From Nitrospirota bacterium (lineage in GTDB: Bacteria > Nitrospirota > UBA9217), in assembly GCA_963845065.1 (NCBI GenBank), contig CAWJQQ010000007.1:32001-96000 (forward strand): a stretch of 64,000 bases of DNA. Reading direction: 5' to 3'. The translations under genes were made by a program, and so were the position numbers. The notes under the pieces were generated by a model. The model saw nothing but the letters and a program-made list of their open reading frames with translations, did no database searches and was not told where the DNA came from. Shown here piece by piece: positions 22,575 to 32,419 of the stretch (position 1 is its first letter; each line of letters opens with the position of its first letter).

Positions 22575-22913
22575 CTACTTCTCACTGTTCTTGCGAACCA
22601 GTAATTTTGAGATAATATACATGATACCTGCTATGAGTGCAATACCGACGACAGCAGATAGCATATAACCGATACTTTCTACTGCAAGCCCTTTGCTCCC
22701 GACGGGTACGCCGTAATCAGGTAAAGGCGCCTTCCAGATGCCAGCAATTCGTTTTAATCCTTCGGGAACGAACCCAGCGACATTTTCGATCTCTGAAAGA
22801 CTCCACTCGCCCCATGCGCCCCCAGCGCCAAACCATTGTGGAATGATGATTCCGAGGGGCGATAGGAGGGCCAGTACGCCTATGCCGATCCACAGTTTTT
22901 TCGTTGTTGTCAT
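22575..22913 (-). CDS. PDGLE-domain accessory membrane protein (NikN-like)
   Basis: LLSPLG, AWGEW and APLPDY motifs; two TM segments; lies between cbiM and cbiQ. Confidence 0.8.
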   Translation of the reverse strand: MTTTKKLWIGIGVLALLSPLGIIIPQWFGAGGAWGEWSLSEIENVAGFVPEGLKRIAGIWKAPLPDYGVPVGSKGLAVESIGYMLSAVVGIALIAGIMYIISKLLVRKNSEK

Positions 22914-22931
22914 TTTCTCAATCTTCTCATA

Positions 22932-23606
22932 TTAGCTTAAGCGAAGCATTTCTGGATTATTCTTCTGAAAGTATTTGATCACCAGGGCGGTAATAAGAGC
23001 TTCGACAAAGCCGAACAGCAGTAAGTACTCTGCTGCCATAGCTGGTATCGCAATGCTTAATGGAAAAGGAGAATAGAGTGGTTGGCCAGTTGCAGATTTT
23101 TCCAGGATTGGCTGAATGCCTAACTCGATTGCCGTAACCAGAGCAGACACATTCAGACTCACATACCCGGCGATTGCAGCGGCGACCAATCTCCTTCTGT
23201 CCGTTTGACCTGAGTTTGCAGCGATCAGTCGATACACGCCGTATCCTGTGAATACCCCGACCACGGCCATGTTGAAACAGTTAGCGCCGATGGCAGTGAT
23301 TCCACCGTCACCGAACAGGAGGGCCTGAATGATGAGCGCAACTGACACGGAAATCAAGGCGGCCCAGGGACCCAGTAAAATTGCGACCAGCGTAGCGCTT
23401 GTTGCATGTCCCGTGGTTCCACCTACGATAGGAATGTTAAACATCATGATCACGAAGCTAAATGCCGCCCCGAGCGCTAGATACGGCGCTTGCTTCGATT
23501 GCAGTGTTTTATTTAGTTTTCGAGCAGCAATCGCCCAAAAGGGAATAGTAATGGCATACATCGTTCCGTAAGTAGCAGGCCCTAAATATCCGTCAGGAAT
23601 ATGCAT
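22932..23606 (-). CDS. cbiM: Ni/Co ECF substrate component CbiM/NikM
   Basis: N-terminal MHIPDGYL; GGTTGH and QALLFGDGG motifs; RBS ggagg upstream. Confidence 0.95.
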   Translation of the reverse strand: MHIPDGYLGPATYGTMYAITIPFWAIAARKLNKTLQSKQAPYLALGAAFSFVIMMFNIPIVGGTTGHATSATLVAILLGPWAALISVSVALIIQALLFGDGGITAIGANCFNMAVVGVFTGYGVYRLIAANSGQTDRRRLVAAAIAGYVSLNVSALVTAIELGIQPILEKSATGQPLYSPFPLSIAIPAMAAEYLLLFGFVEALITALVIKYFQKNNPEMLRLS

Positions 23607-23881
23607 GAGTTTCTCCTCCGAAACAACGCAAGCATCGCACTTCCTAAAGTACATCTTAAAAATTAAACTCTTCTTGGCTGAAAGCGATCAGTCCGTCTCT
23701 GATGGTGAGGAAAGGACGGGCGATTGATAATTTACATTCGAGGAAGGAAATAACATTATTATTTTGGTGAACAACGGTCTCCATATGACCGATAGCTCGG
23801 CTGCACACCATGCTTGCTAGAGTGTACAAGGAGGACACTAAATATGACACCGGTGTACATGGCCAACTAATGAACTTATGT

Positions 23882-24667
23882 TCAGAATCGCCAAGCCGTA
23901 CCTGTAAGTGTTGTAAATTCCTCAGCATCTTTGGTCAAACCTGCGCGCACGGAGATGTCGATATACCACGTTCTGGAAATATCATATTTAAAACCGGCCA
24001 TCAAGGTATATGGTTTGGTATATGCTTGCGTATCCAACGCTTTATCCTGTGTTTTCGCAAAATCTCCTGCCAATTCCGCTAAAAAATAAAAAGGCTCAGT
24101 AATTTTGTGTTCTAGGGCAAGACCGAAGCGGAAGGTATAATTCTGGGCATAATGCCCTTTCTTCAAGTCCGCACCTGCGATTTCATAGGCGGCACTGACA
24201 TGATAAATATTGCTGCAGCATCCCTGTTGGTCCATCACTTGGATACCGAGCAGCGTGGTACCGGTCCCCAGCCCACTATTCGCGTCCCCCGTGGGAAGGC
24301 CGCTGTAGATTTCAATACCTGATGATTGATTCACTTCATTTTCATTGATCCGATATTTAAGTTTCAGTTGGACGTCTCCTACCCCTCTTTCATATAGGCC
24401 CACATTAGGGCTCTGGTCGAGCATAAGATATGGGACCTCAAGGATAATGTCAGTATGATCGCCCGTCCCCGCCGTGAATACCCCGCTCAAGTCTGTTGCC
24501 GTATTGCCGCCATTTTTTAATTTTTCATAGTTGCCATTAAGCTCGAAGAGAAAGTTTCCCTTTCCTTGTGTGTTCGTATCTTCCACCTGGAATGGATAAA
24601 CGGCCCATACTGAGGTTGGTATAAGCATAAGAATACCGATAAAGCATCCTGCTATTGCACAACGCAT
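23882..24667 (-). CDS. Putative outer-membrane beta-barrel transporter
   Basis: Signal peptide, EDTNTQGKG motif, GVGDVQLKLKY, amphipathic strands, C-terminal Phe. Confidence 0.7.
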   Translation of the reverse strand: MRCAIAGCFIGILMLIPTSVWAVYPFQVEDTNTQGKGNFLFELNGNYEKLKNGGNTATDLSGVFTAGTGDHTDIILEVPYLMLDQSPNVGLYERGVGDVQLKLKYRINENEVNQSSGIEIYSGLPTGDANSGLGTGTTLLGIQVMDQQGCCSNIYHVSAAYEIAGADLKKGHYAQNYTFRFGLALEHKITEPFYFLAELAGDFAKTQDKALDTQAYTKPYTLMAGFKYDISRTWYIDISVRAGLTKDAEEFTTLTGTAWRF

Positions 24668-24719
24668 ACACGATCTCCTGAAAGTAATTCTGTCGCAGTG
24701 AAAAAGTCGTTTGTTCAAG

Positions 24720-25139
24720 CTATACTAGCTCTTTCCCTGTTGTTGTCATGGTCAACTTGCCGTGCTTCACGCCGCGAGTGCCGATAAGACGATCTGCGAT
24801 CTTTTTGATCTCGTGGCTCTTGCCCTTAACAACCAATACTTCGAGGCAGTTATGGGAATCAAGATGTACATGAAGAGCAGAAATGATTTGTTGGTAGGAT
24901 TTGTGCTGCATGTCCGTGAGCGCGTGCTCAAGTTCGCGAGTATGATGGTTGTACACAATTGTAATAGTACCAACTGTCTCCCGATTTTCGGCTTCCCATT
25001 CCTGCTCCACGAGGCTGTCGCGAATCATATCGCGGATGGCCTCAGATCGGGTAGTATACCCTTTGCGGCTGATAAGCGCATCAAATTTTTTTATGAGCTG
25101 ATCGTCAATAGATACGCCGAAGCGGGTCAAGCCGGACAT
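24720..25139 (-). CDS. nikR: Nickel-responsive regulator NikR
   Basis: RFGVS ribbon, [18 protein letters not shown] and GVKHG motifs. Confidence 0.97.
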   Translation of the reverse strand: MSGLTRFGVSIDDQLIKKFDALISRKGYTTRSEAIRDMIRDSLVEQEWEAENRETVGTITIVYNHHTRELEHALTDMQHKSYQQIISALHVHLDSHNCLEVLVVKGKSHEIKKIADRLIGTRGVKHGKLTMTTTGKELV

Positions 25140-25149
25140 AAGAACCTCC

Positions 25150-25177
25150 GTGCTACGTTTTATTAAATTAGTAACAC
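25150..25177. promoter_or_regulatory. NikR operator
   Basis: GTGCTAC-N14-GTAACAC palindrome just upstream of the nikR RBS; matches the Geobacter-type NikR box. Confidence 0.8.
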
Positions 25178-25299
25178 TATAGCATTTTCCTGTCAAGCGT
25201 TTTTTTGAGCTTGTCTTATTCACCTTGACAAATTCACTATCATTTGATACTTTTAACTAGCGTGACGAGACTGATTATTTCTTTACAGGAGACATTATC

Positions 25300-26070
25300 A
25301 TGAGAAAGATACAAATGTTTGCCATAAGTGTGTTCGTCATTGCAATTGTCGTTGTCCCGTATCGCGCGTTTGCATTTATTGGCGTGGAAGTGGGTGTGGG
25401 TTATTGGCAACAATCGCCATCAGGCACATTGTCGTATCAGGGAACGAATGACATCGATCTCAAAAATGATTTACAATTAAGCGAGAAGAGCCAGGTGTTC
25501 GTTCGTGTTAAGGCTGAACTGCCATTGATCCTTCCCAACATCTATTTAATGGCCACACCGGTGTCATTTCGGGGATCTGGAACTCTAACACGGCCTATTA
25601 CCTTTGGCAATACAACATTTAACGTCAGTGCACCGGTTCAAACAAGCCTCAAGCTGGATCAATACGATCTTGCGTTATTTTATCCGATTCCCCTCATCAA
25701 AACTGCGACCCTTGGTAAACTAAATATTGATCTCGGTTTGAACGCGCGGAAAATTGATTTTGAAGGAACGATCAGCCAAGACACATTGGGTGTGTCCGCC
25801 TCCAAGAGCCTGTCGATCTACTTGCCAATGGTTTATGCAGGAGTACAAGTAAAACCCATATCACTATTTGCTATTGAAGGTGAATTCAGGGGGATAGCTA
25901 TAGGTCAGAATCACTTTTATGATTATATTGCGAAAGTAAGAATCAATCCGGTTCCGATTTTCTATATCAGCGGCGGTTACCGGTCTGAGGACATCAAGAT
26001 TGATCAGAGTGCTGTGACGGCAGATGTAAAATTCAGTGGCCCATTTGTAGAGGTAGGGTTAAGTTTCTAG
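25300..26070 (+). CDS. Outer-membrane beta-barrel protein (TIGR04219-like)
   Basis: Signal peptide AFA, LPLILPNIYL, amphipathic strands, C-terminal Phe. Confidence 0.75.
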   Translation: MRKIQMFAISVFVIAIVVVPYRAFAFIGVEVGVGYWQQSPSGTLSYQGTNDIDLKNDLQLSEKSQVFVRVKAELPLILPNIYLMATPVSFRGSGTLTRPITFGNTTFNVSAPVQTSLKLDQYDLALFYPIPLIKTATLGKLNIDLGLNARKIDFEGTISQDTLGVSASKSLSIYLPMVYAGVQVKPISLFAIEGEFRGIAIGQNHFYDYIAKVRINPVPIFYISGGYRSEDIKIDQSAVTADVKFSGPFVEVGLSF

Positions 26071-26156
26071 CATTGTAACCTTCCGAACTTGCAATCTTGC
26101 AATAACACGTTTTTTATCCAACTCTCTACTTTTCAGGTTCTTACAAAATCGATATG

Positions 26157-26189
26157 AAACCCCCGGCTGTAATGCTGTGGGGGTTTTTT
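26157..26189 (+). terminator. Intrinsic terminator
   Basis: aaaccccc...gggggttt stem followed by a T run. Confidence 0.65.
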
Positions 26190-26210
26190 GTCTTTTCCTT
26201 CCACGTTGTC

Positions 26211-26264
26211 CGAAGACTCTGCAACTACGTAAGCCCTGGATTTATCCATGGGTAAAAATGTTGC
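26211..26264 (+). mobile_element. Orphan IS200/IS605 left-end remnant
   Basis: gcaactacgtaagccctggatttatccatgggtaaaaatgttgc resembles the left end at 32281-32334; preceded by TTGTC versus TTGAC. Confidence 0.5.
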
Positions 26265-26314
26265 AATATAAAATTAATAATAACTTTGATACTACTAGAT
26301 AATTATTTACTTTT

Positions 26315-26645
26315 GCCAATGTTTTATACTTCCGCATCGGAGTGGTCGTTTACAGCCTGTTCCTAGGCTTTCGGCGTTTTGTCTGCCAGAATCATCGGCG
26401 TGTCATACGATTGCCGCGTTTCGGTGGAAGCTTATTTAGTTTGCCGGCCGGGTTGTCCTGAAGCTGGTAGTTGAAGCGGATTTGCTTGTTCTTGTACAAA
26501 GCACAACAATACAATGTTACAAAGAGAGTACGGCAGCGGATTGATGATGTTGCTCAAATCTGAGAGAAGTGCGCTCCGGAATACAGCGGAAGAGGTTTGT
26601 CTCAAATCAGTTGAAGGGACCGCCATGGATTTCATAATCTACGGG
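26315..26645 (+). pseudogene. IS1380-family transposase C-terminal remnant
   Basis: ANVLYFRIGVVVYSLFLGFRR / CLPESSACHTIAAFRWKLI*FAGRVVLKL across a frameshift; right boundary tentative. Confidence 0.65.
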
Positions 26646-26857
26646 TGTTGATGACGTGAATCTCAGCACGGTCGCGTAACATGCGATACCGTCAAAAAAC
26701 GGCTGTTTGTCTTATTGGTGCAGCACTGTTAAAATCCTATCGCAGTTCTTAGTCCAGACAATAGTCTTGACAAAACATCTTCCCTTTGATAGGGTATCCA
26801 AAATAATATCTTCGGCAAACCGTCAATGTAAGCATAGCACCGATAAGGAGGATTTGC

Positions 26858-27595
26858 ATGAAGAAACTCGTAATTGCGATATCTATTGCGTTGTTGGTGG
26901 CAGTGCCGGCTATGGCAACCACGACATTCCAACTCCCCACCTCTCAGGATGATTTTAAGAACCTCAGCAGAGACCTTGGACTTGCAATTAGTTATGTACC
27001 TCTATCGCCTGCTGAGCCGCTAGGCGGTCTCCTGCCTGGCTTTGACGCAGGCGTCGAACTTACTGCAGTTACAATTAATAAATCTGCATCCTACTGGCAA
27101 AATTCTGTTACCAATTCATCAAGCCTTCCGAATTACTTGCTACTTCCCAAAGTACATGTTCAGGTGGGATTACCAGTTATCCCACTCGATTTTGGTGTTG
27201 AGTTCGCTACTATGCCGGGAACTGATATCAATGTCATTGGCGGCGAAATCAAATATGCAATCTTTAGCGGCGGAATTGTGATGCCGGCCATCGCAATCCG
27301 TGGAGCATACACCAAACTATCGGGCATAGATGTATTCAACATGGAGACCAAGTCTCTCGATCTTTCGATCAGCAAAGGGTTCGTTTTTCTTACCCCCTAT
27401 GTAGGCTTGAGTGAGGTATGGATTACCGGTACTCCGACAGGCTCCACAGCAACTGCTCTCAGCCAGGCAAATTTAAGCGAAACCAAAGGATTCATAGGTC
27501 TGAAATTTACTTTGTTACCAATACTGAACATTGTAGCGGAAGGAGATTTTTCCAGGGTAAATGCCTACTCACTCAGATTGAACGCGCATTTCTAA
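26858..27595 (+). CDS. Putative outer-membrane beta-barrel protein
   Basis: Signal peptide AMA, SPAEPLG, LSISKGF.FLTPYVG, C-terminal Phe; RBS aggagg. Confidence 0.75.
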   Translation: MKKLVIAISIALLVAVPAMATTTFQLPTSQDDFKNLSRDLGLAISYVPLSPAEPLGGLLPGFDAGVELTAVTINKSASYWQNSVTNSSSLPNYLLLPKVHVQVGLPVIPLDFGVEFATMPGTDINVIGGEIKYAIFSGGIVMPAIAIRGAYTKLSGIDVFNMETKSLDLSISKGFVFLTPYVGLSEVWITGTPTGSTATALSQANLSETKGFIGLKFTLLPILNIVAEGDFSRVNAYSLRLNAHF

Positions 27596-27621
27596 TATAC
27601 TGCTACGTGCTTCATTTCCAC

Positions 27622-27650
27622 TCCCTCGGCATCAGACTGAGGGATTTTTT
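27622..27650 (+). terminator. Intrinsic terminator
   Basis: tccctcgg...ctgaggga stem followed by T6. Confidence 0.65.
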
Positions 27651-27711
27651 CACAATCACTTCTTTGCACACCACCCTTGCCGCATTTGCCTCTTTGTGCT
27701 ATATTTCCTTC

Positions 27712-28506
27712 GTGGAAACAAAAGTAGAAACTCCGGTGCTTAAAGTGATCGGCAACAACATCGAGGGTGTCATTGATGAAGTCGCATCAGAACTCCCGAT
27801 CAGACTCGTCTTAAACAATGAGCCGTTCGTAACGCTCCTGTGCACTCCAGCCGAAATCCGGGAACTCACTGTTGGTTTTCTCTTATCTGAAGGGCTTCTC
27901 CGAGACTACGCTGCGATCAAAAAAATCGAAGTAAATGAACGGGAGGCGATGGTACTGATCGAGCTTTCTGATCTTCCTCCGGATTTTTCCAAACTGTTTG
28001 AAAAGCGGACTATCTCCTCTGGTTGTGGCAAAGGCGTTACTTTTACGAACTACCGAACGCCGCCAGACAAGAGAATTCGTGTCAAAGGCCGGCTCACGAC
28101 CATCAACGACATCAGACGTTTGCTCGGGACCTTCAGGACCATTTCAAAACTCTACCTAGAGACCGGTGGTGTGCATAGCGCTGCGCTCTCAGACGGAAAA
28201 GAAATCCTCCTGTTCGCAGAAGACATCGGCCGTCATAATGCCGTTGACAAACTCATCGGCAAAGCGTTTTTGCATTCCTTGTCAGTCGAGGATAAAATCC
28301 TGTTTACGAGCGGTAGAGTCACATCGGAGATAGTGACCAAGGCAGGCAGGAGCAGGTTTCCCATATTAATTAGTCGTGCAGCACCGTCATGTATGGCCAT
28401 AAGTTATGCAGAGGATATGGGAATCACGCTTGTCGGATTCGCTCGCGGAGACCGGATGAACATCTATTCATGGCCGACAAGAATACAAATAGACTCATTT
28501 AACTAG
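27712..28506 (+). CDS. fdhD: Formate dehydrogenase accessory sulfurtransferase FdhD
   Basis: GFLLSEG, SSGCG, TGGVHSAAL and EDIGRHNAVDKLIG motifs; GTG start inferred. Confidence 0.95.
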   Translation: METKVETPVLKVIGNNIEGVIDEVASELPIRLVLNNEPFVTLLCTPAEIRELTVGFLLSEGLLRDYAAIKKIEVNEREAMVLIELSDLPPDFSKLFEKRTISSGCGKGVTFTNYRTPPDKRIRVKGRLTTINDIRRLLGTFRTISKLYLETGGVHSAALSDGKEILLFAEDIGRHNAVDKLIGKAFLHSLSVEDKILFTSGRVTSEIVTKAGRSRFPILISRAAPSCMAISYAEDMGITLVGFARGDRMNIYSWPTRIQIDSFN

Positions 28507-28657
28507 ACCTGCCCCGGCGAACCGCATAATGTCATCACAACCTGCCTCACTGCATCGAAGATGCAGCCTTTGCAAGTTGAAATGTGACGGTATTTCCGTT
28601 ATTTTTAGTCTGGGTATTCCTAATTGGGGATACCTGTTTTCCCTTTGAAGGAGGATT

Positions 28658-30376
28658 ATGAAAAATCTGCAAGAATTTACCTCTGAACCCATGATTTCCT
28701 ATTTTTCAATGGAAATCGGCATAAAAAATGATATCCCTACGTATAGTGGCGGTCTAGGTATCCTAGCAGGAGATACCATCAAATCTGCGGCTGACCTGGA
28801 GCTTCCCATCGTGGCTGTAACGCTCATCACACACAAAGGATATTTTAATCAGGAAATAGATGCCAATGGATGGCAAAAGGAAAAACCTGTAATATGGGAC
28901 CCTGCAAAATATATGACTCTTATCCCGGATAAAGTACGGTTACAGATTGAGGGGCGGGACGTCTACGTCCAGGCTTGGATGTATTTGGTCGTAAGCCCCA
29001 CGGGTGGTAAGGTGCCCATTCTTTTCCTCGACACTGACCTGCCGGATAATGCAGCTGAGGACAGGGCGTTGACGGACTATCTGTACGGCGGAGACAGCGA
29101 GTACCGAATCAAGCAGGAAGTTGTCCTGGGCATGGGAGGTGTTCTCATGCTTCAGGCGCTTGAATTCCATATTAAGAAGTACCACATGAACGAAGGTCAT
29201 GCCAGCTTCCTGGCACTCGAACTTCTCCTGAGGTTCAAGCGGGACATCGAAAGTGTTTGGGACGAGAGGTCGGTATGGGACATAGCCAGGGTAAGGGATC
29301 TCTGCGTCTTCACTACCCACACGCCGGTCGAAGCAGGGCACGATAAATTCCCTTATCCTTTGGTCAAGAAAGTGCTCGGAGAAATCATTCCCTTCGATGT
29401 TTTGAAAGATCTCGCTGGCTCGGACAATCTCAATATGACGCTGCTCGCACTTAATTTGAGCAAGTACGTCAACGGTGTAGCGAAGAAACACGGCGAGGTG
29501 TCACAGCACATGTTCCCCGGCTACCATATTCATGCCATAACCAACGGCGTACATTCATTTACATGGACCTGCGAAGACATGGCGAAACTCTATGATAAGT
29601 ACATACCCGGTTGGGCAAACGAACCTGAGCTTTTCGTACGTTCAGGCGTTATTCCGGAGTTGGAACTCTGGGAAGCACACCGTGAGGCGAAGAGAAAGCT
29701 GCTAACTTATGTGGGCGAAGCGACCGGCGTTGTGATGGATCCCAATGTTCTTACGCTGGGGTTTGCTCGCCGGGCAACAGCATATAAGAGGCCACACCTT
29801 CTCTTTTCCGATGTCGACCGCCTTCTCGCGATAGCGGAAAAAAATAAGCTGCAAATCATCTTCGCTGGCAAGGCGCACCCTCATGACGATAATGGAAAAA
29901 GTCTAATTCAGGGGATCTATGGTTACCGCGATAAACTCAAGGGAAAGATCTCAATTGCTTTTCTTCCAGGCTATGACATGGACTTAGCACTCAAACTCGT
30001 ATCTGGTGTGGACGTGTGGCTTAACACACCGCTGCGGCCGCTCGAAGCGTCCGGTACGAGCGGCATGAAGGCCGCTCATAATGGCGTAGTGAATTTTAGT
30101 GTGCTGGACGGTTGGTGGATCGAAGGTCACATCGAGGGATTTACGGGATGGTCGATCGGTGGGCTGACGTCCGAAAAGACGTTGCCGGGTTCGCTCGACA
30201 CAGAAGATGCCGTTGATCTCTACAATAAACTCGAGAATTTAATTGTTCCTAAATATTACGACTCAGACAAGAGCAAGTGGAGCCGAATGATGAGAAATGC
30301 TATTAGCAAGAATGCTTATTATTTCAACAGCCACCGAATGATGAGGAGGTATGTGACGGAAGCGTATATACGGTAA
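28658..30376 (+). CDS. glgP: Alpha-glucan phosphorylase
   Basis: YFSME, YSGGLGILAGD, HMNEGH, FARRATAYKR and EASGTSGMK motifs. Confidence 0.96.
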   Translation: MKNLQEFTSEPMISYFSMEIGIKNDIPTYSGGLGILAGDTIKSAADLELPIVAVTLITHKGYFNQEIDANGWQKEKPVIWDPAKYMTLIPDKVRLQIEGRDVYVQAWMYLVVSPTGGKVPILFLDTDLPDNAAEDRALTDYLYGGDSEYRIKQEVVLGMGGVLMLQALEFHIKKYHMNEGHASFLALELLLRFKRDIESVWDERSVWDIARVRDLCVFTTHTPVEAGHDKFPYPLVKKVLGEIIPFDVLKDLAGSDNLNMTLLALNLSKYVNGVAKKHGEVSQHMFPGYHIHAITNGVHSFTWTCEDMAKLYDKYIPGWANEPELFVRSGVIPELELWEAHREAKRKLLTYVGEATGVVMDPNVLTLGFARRATAYKRPHLLFSDVDRLLAIAEKNKLQIIFAGKAHPHDDNGKSLIQGIYGYRDKLKGKISIAFLPGYDMDLALKLVSGVDVWLNTPLRPLEASGTSGMKAAHNGVVNFSVLDGWWIEGHIEGFTGWSIGGLTSEKTLPGSLDTEDAVDLYNKLENLIVPKYYDSDKSKWSRMMRNAISKNAYYFNSHRMMRRYVTEAYIR

Positions 30377-30502
30377 TGAGTCTGTTTACCTTTCGCGCTG
30401 AACCTCCCCATGGCTGAAACCAGGGGGTTCTGAAAACCTTATCCAATTACTCTTCCGGGCTCTCACGACTGCAAAGGCCAGCCGCTACAACCTTTCACTA
30501 CC

Positions 30503-31830
30503 TTAAATGCCAGCAGCGACAACTTCCCGGACATCGATCTTGGCATGGTCTTCTTTCACAGGCGATCCGCTCTGTCTCCGGCCCAAACGAGTACGTTGTT
30601 TGAGACCGAAGCTGTGAGGAAAAGCACTCCTCGCATTCGCAGATTGTTGCTGCAATCTCGATACCGCCTGCTTAAGGAGCGGTTCCGCACCTGGCCAGTA
30701 TCTACTTGCCTCAGCCGTATCGAGAACACCGTCTTGAACGTGATACGCAAGATATGCGGAATAGAGGTCCCGTTGGGCTGCTACTCCGCATTCACAAACA
30801 TGTTGCCGCTGCGAGAGCGGTTTTTTCTTTACTGTTCCGCAATGGCAGGTTTGAGACAGCCTGAGTTTTCGAGTCGGGAGTTCAATCACTTTTCCGCCGG
30901 TACTCTCAGCCTTGCGAGAAAGCATTGATACAAAGGTTCCCGGTGCCCTTAAGCCCACGCTTTTACCAAAATTACGCTGCAATGATTTGTAGCTTAGTGT
31001 TTCAATATTAATGTTATTTCCCAGTGTTAAAACTTCATTGGTTAGTTTGCCATGAAGAGATTTTCTCTGCGCGGCTTGTTTCCGGTGAAGTTCTGATACT
31101 ACTGTCTGTATCGTCTGATAGTTCTTTGAATTGGTCCAGGTCTTGGCACCCTTTTTAACTGTGCCATCGGCGTTATAATTCCCAGAGTTTGTGGCCCTTC
31201 GTGACCGATCGAGCGCCCGTTGCAATCGTTTAATGGTCTTTTCGAGCGGTTCCAGCTCTTTACAAAACTGCTGAAGATCGGCGTAGCCATGAGTATAAAT
31301 AGCATACGTAGACGGGCCGAGATCCAGGGCGATTGTACCATCAGAGATGATGTTTTTGGTTTTCTGCTTCGGCAGCCCTTCCTGCACTAGCTGGGCGTAG
31401 AAGTAGTTTTTACTGCGCATCCGCCTGCAGATCAGCCTTACATATTTTGTCCTACAGGAAAGGGCGTGGGCCTGCACGCCATGTTTGTCTTTTTTGTGGA
31501 ATAAGCAGGGAAGTTCAAGACCAATCCACTCGATACGGCTTTGCTTTTCGTCTGTGCGGAAACGTATGCCAGCGGCGTTGCTCTTGGATTCAACACTTAA
31601 GAGTTGATGCTTGCCTTTGAACCTTGGTCTGCCTCTTTTTAGGGTATAATGCGTGCCTTTTGATATTGCTTGGATTCCCGCATGAGATCCAGGCGTTTGA
31701 GAGATTCGCCAAGACAGGCATTGTAAAGTTGCCGGGCCACGTCCATGCGCATGAGGAGTATCCTCTCCTGAGATGTACTGACCAGAAGAGACAATTCATG
31801 GATAAACGATGGTGTTGTTTTCTTTTCCAT
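30503..31830 (-). pseudogene. tnpB: TnpB family B, broken near 31640 (stop, frameshift, probable internal deletion)
   Basis: N-terminal TPSFIHEL...ARQLYNACLGE stops at 31639; KRGRPRFKG continues in another frame to ALDLGP, IETLSY, CHCG...CECG and QRDLYSAYLA. Confidence 0.85.
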
Positions 31831-31842
31831 ACAACTCCCTGA

Positions 31843-32247
31843 TTAAACAACTTTCTGGTGTTCAATATATTGTTTGATAACTGCCAACGGCGCCCCACCA
31901 ACGGTAGAAACAAAGTAGCTGTTGGTCCAAAGTGTTGGAATCCGGGTCCGGAGAACCTTGAATTCTGAACGAAGCAGTTTGGAGCTTCTGCCCTTTATCT
32001 GCTTGACTAGCCGATGAATGCCATACTGCGGACCAACCTCTACCAGTAAATGTACGTGATCCGGCATTATCTCCATCTCAATAATTTCAGATTTTCTCTC
32101 GGAAACCACATCCCTGATAATTGCTTTCAACCGTCCGGCGATACTGCCGGTCAACACGCTCTTCCGGTACTTAGGACACCACACAACATGATATTTACAG
32201 CTGTAAACTACATTATTATTGGACTTATACGTCTTTATATCAATCAT
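31843..32247 (-). CDS. tnpA: IS200/IS605 Y1 HUH transposase
   Basis: YHVVWCPKYR, PDHVHL, LWTNSYF and KQYIEHQ motifs; frame intact. Confidence 0.96.
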   Translation of the reverse strand: MIDIKTYKSNNNVVYSCKYHVVWCPKYRKSVLTGSIAGRLKAIIRDVVSERKSEIIEMEIMPDHVHLLVEVGPQYGIHRLVKQIKGRSSKLLRSEFKVLRTRIPTLWTNSYFVSTVGGAPLAVIKQYIEHQKVV

Positions 32248-32419
32248 ACAGCATATTATACAGCAAATAGTTGTATAACACAACTCCTATCCCCATGTCT
32301 AAAGTCAGGGGCTTGCGGAGTTGAAAGGCTTTTGGTCAAATGTTCATAACGTTATCAGACACGGTGTTCTTCGCTTGATGGACGTCAGGGGCAGTAGTGG
32401 GCGTGGAAATTCAGTATTT

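Larger units (their letters stand above)
30398..32334 (-). mobile_element. IS605-type element (tnpA + tnpB), family B
   Basis: Left-end hairpin 32281-32322 with TTGAC (32335-32339) before the end; right end ccccctggtttcagccatggggaggTTCAG at 30398; left boundary inferred from the motif. Confidence 0.9.

Noticed and set aside
23656..23928. 90-aa ORF between the barrel gene and cbiM
   Set aside because: Overlaps the barrel gene, has no RBS or motif, and no cobalamin or NiCo riboswitch pattern was recognised.
27418..27711. N-terminal extension of FdhD in the ORF track
   Set aside because: Overlaps the upstream barrel gene and its terminator; homology begins near 27712.
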